Positions 26,696-41,009 of a DNA stretch of 64,000 nucleotides are shown here, piece after piece. Numbering within the stretch: position 1 is the stretch's first letter; each line of letters begins with the position of its first letter. The position numbers and the translations under genes were made by a program. This DNA comes from Paraspadella gotoi (lineage: Eukaryota > Animalia > Chaetognatha), in assembly GCA_051294375.1 (NCBI GenBank), contig CM119264.1, positions 19,475,590 through 19,539,589 on the forward strand, written 5' to 3'. The notes below the pieces were generated by a model. It was not told where the DNA came from. It saw only the letters and a list, made by a program, of their open reading frames with translations, and did not search any database.

Positions 26696-27815
26696 TGGCG
26701 CGGTTACTTTTATGCAATTTTTAGTACATTAATTCAGAAATTAAAATTAAAAAAAATACATCAAAATAATTTACGATTTTGTCTTTTGAACAAACTGTAT
26801 TTCATCTATATGCGATAAAAAGTGTAATAGTGCAAATCGAAATAAAAAATTAAGTCTTTCTTTATTTATTATTTTTATAATTTTTTTATTTATATATATA
26901 TTTTTCATTATTTTTATATATTTTTTTAGTTAAAAATATATCATTAAAAAGCCTTGCCTTTGACCTGTCTCATATTAAATGATTACTTTATTAAGTAAGC
27001 AAGGGCAGATTCAGGAATGAATCTTAATTCATTTCCTAAAAAAAGAGCGGAATTGAAAAGAAAATTAAGATGTACAATTGTACATGTTTCAGAATACTTT
27101 TTTGAGATTATGAGGCATTAGTAAAAGTCCTGGTTATCGGGGTGATCTTATCCGTTCCAAATATATATGTATTTATATTTATTTTTATTAATAATTCCAA
27201 ATTCTGTGTATCTGGTTATTGTACAATCATATCAAGAGCTTAAAACATTTTATAAAAACTATATTCTCATCCCGACTTCTTAAGGAACATTCCTCACTCT
27301 AATCTGATTAAAAATATTAGCACAGAGATAATATATCACATATAACGTTTAAGGGTTGCTTCAATATCTGAGAAAAAAACAGCTATTGAAAAACTTTAAG
27401 TTAAGGCAACAGCCGGGTTGCCTGTGATGGCCATTGGGATGGGGCATCTCACTTTTGGATTTGGGGGCTTCCGACCCTCAGTGACGCCTCCAGTCACTTG
27501 CGCGGTTACCCTAGGACGGTCTGGCTTTGCCAACGCAGAGGGAAGTCGTTAGGACTGTGGATGGAACACTACGCCTGGGATGGTGACTTCCCCCTCTGAG
27601 CAAATGGATTTGGCTGAAGGATGGTGGACGTGAGGCGGTGTGAATATACCGCCACAAAGTCACCTTATCTTTGGAGCAGCCATAGTCTTACATTTTTTTC
27701 TTACATAGGAATAATACAGCTCGTTCAAATGATAAAAACCTGAATTATTTTTCTATGATAGTTTTGACTTACAATTTTATGATTAAAGTATCGAAAACTG
27801 AAAGTTACCGCGCCA
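26696..27815. mobile_element. Non-autonomous DNA transposon with imperfect TIRs, hosting family C insert
   Basis: tggcgcggttactttt (26696) is the near reverse complement of gaaagttaccgcgcca (27800-27815); weaker similarity continues ~30 bp inward; AT-rich non-coding interior. Confidence 0.55.
27394..27690 (+). mobile_element. Family C structured element, possible distant relative of family B
   Basis: ctttaag ~30 nt upstream of box-A-like TGGCCATTGG, aggacgg motif and ccttatc near the 3' end as in family B; several hairpins (ggcggtgtgaatataccgcc; cagagggaagtc...gacttccccctctg). Confidence 0.4.
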
Positions 27816-28216
27816 GTTGTTGTTGTTTTTTTTTTTTGGTGCTATATATTTTCATTACATAGGAAAAGTGCAGTTTTAACAAATAAATATTTTATCTTTC
27901 CATACGACACCATATTGAGAAGATATTTAGATTAAAATCGGTTTCATCAATGTTTTAGAAATAACAAGTGACATAGGAAAGACACCTAGAAAAACTTCAA
28001 CATAAACATAAGATTAATATGATATTCTATCGTGGATAATAGATTCCGTAGAAAATTGAGGATGTATAAGCCTGGTGAATATTAATTCAATTTTATAAAT
28101 TTTTTTAAAGAGGAAAAAAGGGGAAAAATTAAAGGCGCGTGAAAATCCATAGGGAGTGGAAGGTGAGGAGGCAGGGAGGAATGACTGAAAGAATTAGAGT
28201 GTGGGGGAGAGAGGAG

Positions 28217-28250
<34 letters not shown>

Positions 28251-28270
28251 AGAGAAGAAGAGAAGAGAGA

Positions 28271-28305
<35 letters not shown>

Positions 28306-29631
28306 GAGAAGAGAGAGGGAGAGAGAGAGAAGAGAGAGCGACGTTTCTAAACCGAAGACCTGCGATTATTTTGGGGAACGGAAAGTGAACAATAAGCATA
28401 AATGCGCATCTTTTAATTTCAAGAAGGCTTTACATAACATAACATAACATAACTTGCTCCTGAAAAGAAAACCGCCTTGAAAGAATGAATCCCTTCAAGA
28501 TCATGTACAAAAATAGCGCGGAGCAATACACCTCCTTTCTCGGGTTAAAACGTTTTCCATCAAATGTTGTATCGAAGAAGACTATAAAAAGATATTCTCC
28601 CCGTGGAAAAATTAAATCGCGAGGCGGAAAAAAAACACGTTGAGACTACTCGAGGCAATTGCTCTCTCGTAATTCAGAAGGAAACGTATTTTTAAAATTT
28701 GTCATAGATTAAGAAGGAAAACTTTGTCTTAAATAATATAGTCAAATCAATCTGTATTCAATATGAAAAAAAAAATTGTTCGCCGTTTTGTAAATGCCAA
28801 CTGCTAAAAAAAGTCTCAACGCCAAGAAGTAATCACTTATATTCCCACTCCTACATTTTCCTCTCATCTTGCCACTCCTCTACCCTACACCTATTTCTAT
28901 TCCTCTTCATATTCCACCATCACCACTCCGAAGCCCTCTATCTCTTCTTCCCTAGACCCACCCTCGGTCTGGCGCCGATTTTTGCCACAGCAGGTGGCTA
29001 ATGTATCGTGTTTAAGTTTAACGTCGTCGCTTTGAAAAAAAAAGAGCGAAATTAGAAGAAAAAAAAATTGTGGTTGAAGCGAAGAGGATTTCCTGGGAAG
29101 GCGGCGAAAGTGGGTGAAAAGTTGTGACTGCGTGCGACGTTCAAGGCGAAACCGGGGATTGATTGTAAATCGCTTTATTGTAAATCTTTTTTCATTTTTT
29201 TTCTATGCTTTTTAGAGGAATATTCAGTTGTTTTATTATTAAAAAATGGTGAGTTTTTGGATTTCTATAAATATAACCTAACAACTTCGTCGTTTTTTTT
29301 ATCTTTAAAATCAAAAACTTCTAAAAAAAAAGTGAGGTTTAGGGTTTTTACTGGTGATAGAAAAATGATTTATTTCGGCATTAAAGTTTTTAAGAACGTA
29401 GTAGAATAAAAAACAGTGATGGTAAAAGGTTGTCAAACAAGAAACCCGTCAAGAAGGACGAATAAAAGATAGATTTACTTAAAAGCTAAGGAAACAAGGA
29501 CGAAAAGGAAGAAATAAAAAACGAGAAAGAAAGAAAAATTAAAGGAAGGAAAGAAAAAAAGAAATAAAGAATAAAGAAAGAAAGAAAGAAAAATAATCTT
29601 TAAAATTTAAAAATATGTATATGTGTAAAAG

Positions 29632-29992
29632 TTTCGCGGCGAGTACTCGCGGAGCAACTTTTTAAGTCACTTTTCGGTCGGTCCGTCGGTCGGTCGGTAT
29701 GTCTGTCTGTCGGTCTGTCCCTCTTAGGTTAAAAATGCATAAAATTTGCCTATAGTTGGTTGCTCATTTTTAAGACAGAAAAACCTCTAATCAAAGGAAT
29801 AGCTAGCGCCTCCTTCAGGAATTCCTAAAACTATAAAGAATAAAAGACGTAATTTTGATGCAGTGCATGTCATAAATATAGGGGCAAAAAGTCATGTCAT
29901 GTCATGTCATATCATATCATGTGATCAAAGGGAAATACACGTGAAAATAAAGTCACTGCGACGCAACACATTGTAATTACCGTTCTTGTTTA
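29632..29992 (+). mobile_element. Family F HINE/DINE-1-like element
   Basis: Homologous to 9003-9426; 5' hairpin cgcggcgagtactcgcgg, (GTCG/GTCT)n, (CATGT)n, end cttgttt. Confidence 0.7.
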
Positions 29993-31667
29993 ATTGGCAC
30001 CAGCATTTATTAAATATTGTATGACTATTTCTTTAAACATCTTAACTTAACAAAGTTAAAAGATAAACANNNNNNNNNNTCTTGTTTAATTGGCAACAGC
30101 ATTTATTAAATGTTGTATGACTATTTCTTTAAAAAATAGTTAAAAGATAAACAGGAAAACAAGTCGTTTTTTATTCCGCGTAGAAAGAAAAGAAATAAAA
30201 GTGAGAAAGCCAGCGAAGTGTCGGCCGAGAGAGAGAGAGGTATTAAAAAAGAAAGAATCGCCGGCTCAAACGGTGGAACCCCCACCCGCCTCCGTTGCCC
30301 TCTATGCACGTATTTTTCTTGTTATCTGAGAGAAACCTTACCAACGGCCGGCTTAAGCAGAGATGAGGAAGGCAGAAAGAATCGGAGGAGAGGAGAGAGA
30401 GGAGGAGAGAGGAGATGGGTAGAGAGACGGAGAGAGAAGACGAGAGAGAGAAGAGGAGAGAGGTAAGGAAGGAGATAAGATGGCATCATTTTGCGGTGAC
30501 AGGCGAAGGCAGGCGACGAGAATCTTAATTAACTCACAGGCAAAAAAAGGAAAGAGGGAGTGGTCCGGGCAGGGAGACGAAGGGAAATATTGTTCCAGCG
30601 GTCAGGAGAAACGACGATTAGAGTCGGAACGGAGGAGGGGGGGGGGAAACGGATGATAGGTCATGACTAGGAACCGATTTTCTGCCCAACTCACTCCTTA
30701 AGGAACGACGAATTATTGAAAGAAAAAGTTATAAAAAAAGAATTTATGAGATCCATTCTTTTTTTTTGCTCGTGTTTTTTTTTTTCATTATATTTTTTCC
30801 TTCTTGTTCTTCTTCTTGTTAGTTTTTCATCTTGAACCTTTTCTCTTATGTTTTTTCTAAATTGGTTTTGTTTAAACTATTTACTTAAAACTTTTATCTC
30901 AGTTAAACTAGTTTCAATTCGTGTTTTTTCTCCCATATATATATATTTTTTATTCTTTTCCTTTCTTTCTTTTTATCTTTTCTCTTTAACTTTGTACTTT
31001 TTTCCTCTCTTTCTTTTTTCTTCCATGGTTTCAGACGTGGCGCCAGAACGTCCCGCCGTCACGCGGCACGATTCCTCCTTTGGGAATTTTCCTTTGCTTA
31101 ACCCCTCGCCACATTTGGACCTCCTACTACCCAATTTCCTTCGCTGGAAAATCGGAACACGGAAATTTGAGGCCTCTTCAATCCACATTTGTCACGTAAT
31201 GATGAGTCGAATTAATACCCATTTTAATATATTTTGAAAAGTTTTAGATAGACAAATTGTCATTACTTGGTCTATTAAAGTTCCAGAAATAGGGTCACTC
31301 CTGACTATTAATGAAATATACATTTAAATCCCCATATAATCCCGCGTAAATTTTTTTTCAAAAACCGAACTTGTAAGATAGAATTTAACTTTGAAGCCTT
31401 TAAAACCTTCCTCTTTCAAGCTGGCTTTCTGTCCAGCTCCACTCCGTTCATCACCCTCTTCTTCCCAGCTCTTCCAGCCTCTTTGAAATTGCTCTCTTCC
31501 TCTGAGCCAAAAAAAAACCTCCGGACGAATTAAATATTTAAAATCCCAACGTTCGTCATTTGTCATAAAAGGAAGAAGATTTAATTCGAAAAAACTTTTT
31601 TGCGGTCAAAGAATAATAGCGTGAACCATTTGCAATCGAACCCTGAAAAAAATTTATCATTTTCTAA

Positions 31668-32556
31668 TTTTTTTTTTCTCGGAAAGCTAAGAAATGACCC
31701 ACAAAATGAGGCGCCGTTTTCGAGAATCGTAACAGACGTGCATTTTTTGGAGAAAGGACTTGGCGTTTGTTTTCGTCGAAACAAAAAGCGTTCTTCTCAC
31801 TCAGTGAAAAATTGGCAATTGACATAATTGAATGCGACATAACAAGAGAAGCAAGCTGCCCTGGCGCATTTCACTTTCTGCCGAGAATCGATATAATTTT
31901 TCGTAGTTGCCAAAGGTTATTCGAGCCGTTTTTTTTTAAGATTTACTTAAACATATAAATGAGAGATAACCAAAAAATTTAGATATTATTTACGATTCTG
32001 ATGATCTTATAAACAACTTACGAATACTATTTGAATGACCAATTAAAATGGACATCTTTATGGTCTCCCTTATTTTTTTAATATTAATATGGTTTTTACA
32101 ATTATTTTCTATTCTGTTTTTTTAAGCAACAAATACTTTTTTATTCTTATGTATTTTTCAAACATGTTCATCATCCTCATCTTTCGCTTTAACTGACAAA
32201 CATACCTGCGATAATGTCAAGGTTTTAATTTTTCGACACGTATTTACTGCAGAATCCTGGAATGGCAGGGGACGACGCAATAAAGAAATAGATTGGTTTC
32301 TTCGTAGAATTTCTTTTAATATCCGAAGAGTGTATAATTTAATAATTTATCGGTAGACATTGTGAGAATCTGACTCCCCTCAAGAAAAAACGGGGGATTT
32401 GTGACAAAAAATAAGAGACTAAACACATAGTATTGGTTCGGAAGCTTTCCACAATCCGTCTTTGGACATGTCTTCTTTTCAGAAAGGCGACTCTTCTCTC
32501 TCTCTCATCTCTCCTCTCTCCTCTCTCCTCTCGTCTCTCTCTCTCTTCTCTCATCG

Positions 32557-32589
<33 letters not shown>

Positions 32590-35321
32590 CATTTTCTATT
32601 TCTATCTCTTTCCTTCCCTCTCATGCTTTTTTCCTCTTAACATAGAAACCAATTTTGTCCCCCTTTTCTTCACATTCTCTCCTAATTGAATTTGCAGCCA
32701 TAAGCGTCTCAGTCTGGGATGAATTATAATGAGCCTCTTTTCTTGGGCAGGGGGGATATGGTGACTCCAGGTGGTATGGGTAAGTTGTGGGCGGGGTGTT
32801 GGCAAATGATGGTCTAATATTTCTTCGAACTCACGTAATTGACTTGTATCGTTTTATTTTGTCGCAAACTTGCGATTTAAAAACAGAAAATTTTTTGGTT
32901 CTTCTCTCAAGAAAAGACTAAGACATGTATAGTTTAAAATTTTGACGGATAGATGGGTTAAATTTTAAAACCAAGATACAATTCAAATAAACTTGTTTTA
33001 CAATAAAAATACGAAATATTTCGTATGATTAATTTTAAAAAAATATAAATTCGGTGAAGAATGGTGCACTTCTTTTTTTTTTTTAAATGGTACGAGACTG
33101 TTTTTGTTCACTTACGGGAAATTTAAAATCTGACAATTTTCATGTATTAAAATTTAAACTTTCCTCCCCCAGGCGATTTTTTTGATTCGAATTCGGTTCA
33201 ATATCGGACAATACACCCGACGGTAATATTAAAAGCAAAATTTTTAATTTCCTTAATTTCCTTAATAACGGAAAAATTCGACATGTAATCGCCGTCGGTG
33301 ATATGAACGATGGCGGCTCGCTCTCGTTTTCCCCGATTCCTCGTCTTTTCTCACCCTTTCCGCGTTTTAAGAAAGAGTTTCTCCGCTGAATGTGATGACG
33401 GATCGATTTTCTTGCTAACGAAATTCTCCTCTCCTCTCCCGTTTTCTTTTTTTCCCTTCTTTGTTTCTTCTTCTTTTCCGTCTTACGGGCGAACGAGCGC
33501 TCGTTTGATCTTTTTTTCTTACCAATAGCTTTTATTTTTTGTTTTTTTTCTTTCTTTTTTCTCTTTCTGTATGGGCTTTTTTTTTTTTCATTTTGCCTTT
33601 CTTNNNNNNNNNNNNNNNNNNNNNNNNNATTTTTTTTTTCTCGGAAAAGCTAAAGAAAATGACCACAAAATGGAGCGCCGTTTCGAGAATGTAAAGACGT
33701 GCATTTTTGGAGAAAGGACTTGGCGTTGTTTTCGTCGAAACAAAAAGCGTTCTCTCTCACTCAGTGAGAAAATTGCATTGACATAATTGACTGCGACATT
33801 AACAAGAGAGCAGCTGCCCTGGCGCAACTTTCACTTTTCTGCCGAGAATGATTAATTTTTCGTAGTTGCCAAAGGTTATCGGAGCCGTTTTTTTTTTTTA
33901 AGATTTACTTATAACATTATAAATGAAGAGATACCAAAATTTAGATATTTTTACGATTCTGATGATCTTACAATTACGAATACTATTTGAATGACCAATT
34001 AATGGACATCTTTATGGTCTCCCTTATTTTTTTAATATTAATATGCGTTTTTACAATTATTTCTTATTCTGTTTTTTAACAACAAATACTTTTTATTCTT
34101 TATTATTTTTCAAACATGTCATCATCCTCATCTTCGTCGCTTTAACTGACAAACATACTGCGATAGATGTCAAGGGTTAAGTTTTTCGACACGGGAATGG
34201 CAGGACGACGCAATAAAGAAAATATGATGGTTTCTTCGTAGAATTTCTTTTTAATACGAAGAGTGTATAATTTATAATTTATACGGTTAGACAATTGTGA
34301 GAATCTGACTCATTCAGAAAAAAAGGGGATTGTGACAAAATAAGAGACTAAACACATAGTATTGGTCGGAAGCTTTCCACAATCCGTCTTTGAGACATGT
34401 CTTCTTTTCAGAAAGGCGACTCGTTCTCTCTCTCTCTCTCTCTCTCTNNNNNNNNNNNNNNNNNNNNNNNNNNNNNNNNNNNNNNNNNNNNNNNNNNNNN
34501 NNNNNNNNNNNNNNNNNNNNNNNNNNNNNNNNNNNNNNNNNNNNNNNNNNNNNNNNNNNNNNNNNNNNNNNNNNNNNNNNNNNNNNNNNNNNNNNNNNNN
34601 NNNNNNNNTCTCTCTCTCTCTCATTTTCTATTTCTATCTCTTTTCCTCCCTCTCATCTTTTTTCCTCTTACTAGAACCCAATTTGTCCTTCTTCAAACAT
34701 TCTCTAATTTGAATTTGGCAGCCATAAGCGTCCTCAGTCTGGGAATGAGATTAAATGAGCCTCTTTCTTGGGGCAGGGGGGATATGGTGACTCCAAGGTG
34801 GGTAGGGTAAGTTGTGGGCGGGGGTGTGGCAAATGATGGCTCCTAATATTTTCTTCGAACTCACTAATGACTGTATCGGTTTTTATTATGTCGCAAACGC
34901 GATTTAAACAGAAACTTTTTGGTTCTTCTCTCAAGAAAAGACTAAGACATGTATAGTTTTAAAATTTGACCATAGATAGGGTTAAATTTTAAAACCAAGA
35001 TACAATTCAAATAAACTTGTTTTACAAATAAAAATAACGAAATAATTTTTCGTATGATTAAATTTTAAAAAAATAAATAAATCGGTNNNNNNNNNNTCCT
35101 CGTCTTTTCCCGCGTTTTAGAGAAAGAGTTTCTCCGCTGAATGTGATGACGACGATTTCTTGCTAACGAATTCTCCTCTCCCTCTCCCTTTTTTCTTTTT
35201 TCTTCTTTTTTCTTCTTTTCGTCTTACGCCCGCTCGTTTGATCTTTTTTTCTTACCAATATGCTTTTATTTTGTTTTTCTTTCTTTTTTCTCTTTCTGTA
35301 TGGCTTTTTTTTTCATTTTGC

Positions 35322-35330
<9 letters not shown>
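31668..35330. repeat. ~1.9-kb tandem duplication (31668-33603 and 33629-35330), probably an assembly artefact
   Basis: Copies are separated by an N gap; the second contains more gaps and differs mainly by 1-bp indels. Confidence 0.8.
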
Positions 35331-35416
<86 letters not shown>

Positions 35417-36685
35417 TATTTCTTTCTTTCTTTCTTTCTTTCTTTCTTTTTTTCTTTCTTTCTTTCTTTCTTTCTTGTGTTTCTGTCTTGCTTTCTTTTT
35501 ACTAAATTTTTTTTACGTTAAACCATTGGGATTCGTCTGCGTCAGCGTCAGCGTTACTCATTTTCAGTTTAATTCTATCTCAGACCATAATTTCAGCTAT
35601 GAGTGTAACATTTGGACGTCAGCGATCAAACGCGATTTGATCTTTCAGATTATATGATCGAAGTCAATGAGCAGCAAAGTTAAGCTATAGGAAATTGGGA
35701 GAATGAGACGGTGAAGTGTTGATAATGAAGAGATAATAATGATTAAAAAGATGCATCTCCAGACATTTANNNNNNNNNNNNNNNNNNNNNNNNNNNNNNN
35801 NNNNNNNNNNNNNNNNNNNNNNNNNNNNNNNNNNNNNNNNNNNNNNNNNNNNNNNNNNNNNNNNNNNNNNNNNNNNNNNNNNNNNNNNNNNNNNNNNNNN
35901 NNNNNNNNNNNNNNNNNNGAGAGAGAGAGAGAGAGAGAGAGAGATAGGACAAAGGTTCAAGTTCTTGTTTAACACTGGCACATCAATGGATTTTTTTTGT
36001 TCCAAGGCGCGAAACAATTGAACCCTTCCTGAACCCCATTTGTTCCGTTTAACGCAGGAATTTTCGAAGGAACAAATTCCATTTTTGGCCCCATTTTCGT
36101 TCGGAGTTTAAACGGGGAAGGAAGAAAACAAACCGTAAGCACGAAAGAATAAAAAAAACCTTTTTTTTTTCAAAAAAGGTCGCGTTAAATATTTCTTTTT
36201 TCTCTCTATTTTTCTGGATAAGATTGACATTTTTTTAGCTCTCATAACCCGAGAAAGGTCAGTCGATCAGCACCCTCTTCATTACCATCGTCGTCGTATT
36301 CGTCTCAGCGATCGTCGCTGTTCATCGTCATCGTCGTCGTCGTCGTCGTCATTCGAACCTTCAACTGCAAATTCCTCGCGAACTGATCTGCAAATTCAAA
36401 TTCTCTTCATGCGCACATCAAATGCGCACCGGAACACAATGGCTCTCGCTTTTTTCTCTCTGAGCTTTAAATAAAACCAGTTCACTCACACGTGTCGTCG
36501 AAATCAATTTAATGATAATTAAGTTAAAACCTAAATCAGCTTTTTGTGATGTCGAAATTTCAGTTCGACTCATTTAGCGCATATTATGTTTTTATTATCA
36601 TAGGGGACGCTGGCATTTAAAAAGTATAGAGTTTTTATAACTTGTAACATACATATTTCTATACTCTTTATTCATTCTCTCTACT

Positions 36686-37175
36686 TGAGAGAGTCTTGTT
36701 TGAAAGCTTGCAGGGAACCTGCATGTCATTATCTTGTAATTAGTGATTGGAGCTTAAACCACCAAAGCCTGTCCAAAGTCAGGGCAAGATAGCTTATTTA
36801 TTTAAATGAATGGATTAATTTTTATATTGAGTGGTACCAATTTCATAAAATTTCAGCTCCTGGTAATTTGATGCTAGTGCGGAGTACAATAAAGTATTCC
36901 CCGATTCTATACTTAAGGAGGTGCGTCTTTTTCATACAATTGAAACATTCTTTGAAATATTTATCCACTTCATTGATAGGGAAGCCAGGTAACTCTGGGA
37001 GTGAATAAACGGGACTGTGAGAGAGTCTTGATTGAAAGCTTGCAGGGACCTGCTATGTCATTATCTTGTAAGAGTGATGGAGGCCTTAAACCACCAAAGC
37101 CTGTCCAAAGTCAGGGGCAAGATAGCTTATTTATTAAATGAATGGATAATTTTTATATTGGTTGTACCAATTTCA
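36686..37175 (+). mobile_element. Two family E LTR-like repeats (36686-36845, 37016-37175) around a 170-bp spacer
   Basis: ~160-bp TG...CA direct repeats; purine-rich aaacgggac precedes the second; no clear PBS or TSD. Confidence 0.55.
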
Positions 37176-38823
37176 TCTGATATTTCTCATAAGCAAGTAC
37201 AGTCCCGTTTTGAATTTATCAATCTTCCTATTTTTGGTTTGACTCCCAACTTTTTAGTACAGATTTTTTATAGTAACTGTCATATTACTCCTGTCTTGTT
37301 GTCTTTCCTTATTAGCCTTGTAGTAATAATCGACTTTTTTTCGTACTTTCCTTGCGATTTGACATTTGGTTTCTTAGTTGGCCTTTGTGTAAACTTAGTA
37401 TCCTCGTGGTAGGCCTCTTTGATCATGTTCTCAACCCCTTAAGCCATCGTTCTTCACGAGCACTTCAATCGTCTTCTTGCATTCAGGCGATCTCGCTTCC
37501 CGGCCAATGACCACGCCTTTCTTCCGGACGATCCCAGTGACGGGCGACCCATCTCCCAGCTCCGTCCCCCGGCCTGTTTGACAACCTCCCCCCTGTCTCC
37601 TCTTCGTCCTCGACATCATCCATCAAAATTAACTCGTTTTTTCTTCACATTCGACCATCATCCTGACGGGGGGGGATAGGGGGCGGGGCCTTGGGCTCAA
37701 CTCTCAATCTCATTGTTACTTTTAACTGCATGAGCGGGGACTCGGGAGGGTATTGCTAAAGATAAATTTTTTGACAGAAGAAAAAATGACGAAAATATTT
37801 GCGACATGATGATTTCTGTTCCTTACTTTACCTAAATTTTCAGAACTCCAATTTTAACTAAAGTTGAAATATTTAGAAACGAAACAGGAGGTATAATAAT
37901 GAGGGAATTGGGATTGAGATTGAGCTATGTAAATAGTAACAAAACATTTTTAAAGAAAACCTAACTGCTATTTTTGGAGAAGACTAGGTAAAAAAAAAAA
38001 GACAACGAATGGCGCAAGGCCAAGGGTCGGAGAAAAATAATTAGCATAAAAGGCGACGGTGAAAAATTACAAAAATAGTAAGAACAGTAAATTGACGGAG
38101 AATAATAGAGAGTAATAGAGTTGTAAGTTAAGAAATTTAATAGATGCCTTCGAATGGAAATGCAGCTTTCTACAATAACTTTGCCTAATGCCTAAAGATC
38201 GCAGTAAACTTTAGGAATGGAGTCGTACAGGCAACGTAATACGTAGTAAAAGGCTGAGAATAAAAAGCATCAAGCTTACACGAAAGAGCCTCTCGTTCCT
38301 GTGGGCATTGTTTCGACTTTCCAGCAACCAGAAGAGAGAACGCTAATTTCTTAAACCGTTTGCACGACTCTCCGTGGAGATTACAAAAACGACGAAAACA
38401 CCAGCTCCTGGAGAAGAAGGAAAAATCTCAAATGGGAAAACAGGGAAAGCGATAAGAGGGCCACAATAAAAAAACAAAACCAAAAGGAAAAAAAAAACCA
38501 CTAAAAAAAAACATCGCTCCTTCATGGATAAAACCGGAGGACAAGCAGCGCGTTGTTTCCTTCAGGGCGAACTAAACCGAAAATAAACAACACCGCCGAC
38601 AACAACGACGACGTCGAAAACGACCGCCGGCGACGACGAAACAATCCAACGATTCGAAAAAAAGGGATAGCAATTAGCAATCCTAAAGTGTTATACGACA
38701 GTTTCTTGATCGCAACTCTAGATATTTACCTATAAAACACATATTTAAATAAAATAATAATATTTATTTATTTTTTTTATTTATTATTATTTTTTTTTAT
38801 TTATTACTTTTTTAAAATTTATG

Positions 38824-38870
38824 TATTTATTAAATAATGGATAATTTTTATATTGGTTGCACCAATTTCA
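38824..38870 (+). mobile_element. Family E 3' fragment
   Basis: tatttattaaat..tggataatttttatattggttgcaccaatttca matches the family E end. Confidence 0.55.
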
Positions 38871-39432
38871 TAATATGCGTAATAATTAAAATAGCTTTAA
38901 AAAGAGTTATAAAGCAGTTTCTGTTCACTTTCAATATTATTCATTTATGTATTCATTTATTAAATATTTTATATTACATCACCTGCCTGTCAGATATTAA
39001 TCAAAATAATATTTTTTATCCCAGTTATAGAATATTTAAAATAGCATTAAAGGAAAAAGTCGATGATAGGATGGATCAATAATAAGATAACAGTTAAACA
39101 AACTAACCGACGGGCAAAAAAAGTTACCTATGGAGCTGCTCCACGACCAATACCGAAGCTTTTAATAAGCGAAGAAAAAAGGAAAAAAAGGGAAAAAATG
39201 GGCAATAAAGATTAGAGAAGGAAGCAAAAGAAAGTTTTGGGTGAGTCGATGTCAAAAATGGGTCAGATAAAAAGAAAAGAAATAAATTCATGCAAAAACA
39301 AAAGGAAAAAAAGAATTTTTAATAGATCGAAAATCAAATGCGAAATATTTTTTTTTTTCAATATCAAGAGCGAATCAAAATTTCGATATGATGTACGTCT
39401 AGTGGAAAGGAAGAAAGGAAGAAACAAAAAAG

Positions 39433-39700
39433 TGTGGATAAGGCGCTAAGCGCGCTGAAGTATGCAACTTCTTTAACCCACGGAACGGGTCCTAGGCTGT
39501 GAACCAGGCTTGAGGGTTTTCCAGACCCCCGGGTTTTCCAGGCTCCCAAGGCTGATCACGGCCGTCCTCCCGCTCTCGCGCAGGGTAGTTACCTAATGCA
39601 ATGGTCATTAGCTGATGGTATTCGTCAATGAGCCACCGGGTGACGACAGAAAGTGTCATGCTCTTATAGGCGGGGTGAACGTGTTGCAATGCCGACAACA
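39433..39700 (-). mobile_element. Family B LTR-like element with partial tRNA-like module (B1)
   Basis: Homologous to 57950-58210; minus strand: CCTATAAGAG, then CACCCGG-TGGCTCATTGA (box A-like), ending GCGCCTTATCCACA. Confidence 0.65.
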
Positions 39701-40026
39701 AATACTGTTAAAAAACTGTAGAAACGGTCAACAATTGTTATTTATTAGGAGGTTCATGTTTGACTGAAATTCTCATTACTTGCATCCCAACATAAATTTC
39801 GCGTTCCTAGAAAAGGTCACCTTTTGTCTATAGACTCGACCGTTTGATATAATAAACTCTGTGTTTTAGACCCTTTTAACAGACAAAAAATACATTAAAA
39901 AAAACATAAGTAATACGAATGAGGAAAAAGATCATAATTGGACCTTTTTGACTGAGATAGCGACGCAGCTGCCAACCGATCAGTCCTATCTCTAGTTCCT
40001 GCCGCGTTATCTCTCTCTGGAGAATG

Positions 40027-40112
<86 letters not shown>

Positions 40113-40968
40113 CATTCCTTTTCATTTGTGATCATTTTCTTCTTTTACTCAATGCATACTCCGTCCCTCACTCTCTCTTTGGCAAAATAATATATAGGAA
40201 AAACAAAACAATTTATGATGGTTCTTCAAAGTGGATGTCTGAGTTGGTCAATGACCAATGGTCATGTCTTTAGGCGCGGAAAGTAAGACAGAAAGTTCAA
40301 AAGAAACAGAGAGAGTCACGAATTTTGACCGAGAGAAGAGATAGGCGCAAACATATCAAAAGGAGAAAATAGTTAAGAAGGCACGAATTGCGCCCACGAT
40401 TATGATTCTGTTCCCACTTAATCTTGTTTGATGTTGGTTCTTCGCCTTGAGACGTTTTGGTCAAGACAACCTCTGACGACGACGACGACGACGACAACCA
40501 TCACCACAAATACAATTACGGCAGCGGCGAAGAATAATTTTCTCTCAATGTAGTGAGTTTGTACATACCATAGAAAAAAAATAAGAAATGATAAACAGAG
40601 GAATTTTGTTGGACTCCAATTCTTGAAGGATCCTTGGAACTGACAACTTTCTAATTTGTAATCATCATTGTTTCAATAAGTTCGTTAAGTCTGATTTCAT
40701 ACGGTAAATCTTTCTCAGCTTTGTGTAAATTAAAATTTTTCATAAATATTTCAATTTTACGTTATTTTTACGTGTTTTTTAGGTGTTTTTAGGTGTTTTT
40801 AGGTGTTTCTAATTTCAGTATAAGGAAGAAACTTGGAAATGAATATCTGCGACTTTCTTCTTTTACTGAAATCGGAAATTAGAAAGTAAAAACAGTAAAA
40901 TGAAAGGTACGAAAAAGGTGAAATCAAATGCTAAAAGAGTAGATAAAAGGAAAGAGAGAGAGAAAGAG

Positions 40969-41009
<41 letters not shown>

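Noticed and set aside
31668-35330. Biological segmental duplication
   Set aside because: N gap at the junction and indel-dominated differences point to uncollapsed or low-quality assembly; the same applies to the small repeat around the gap at 30070.
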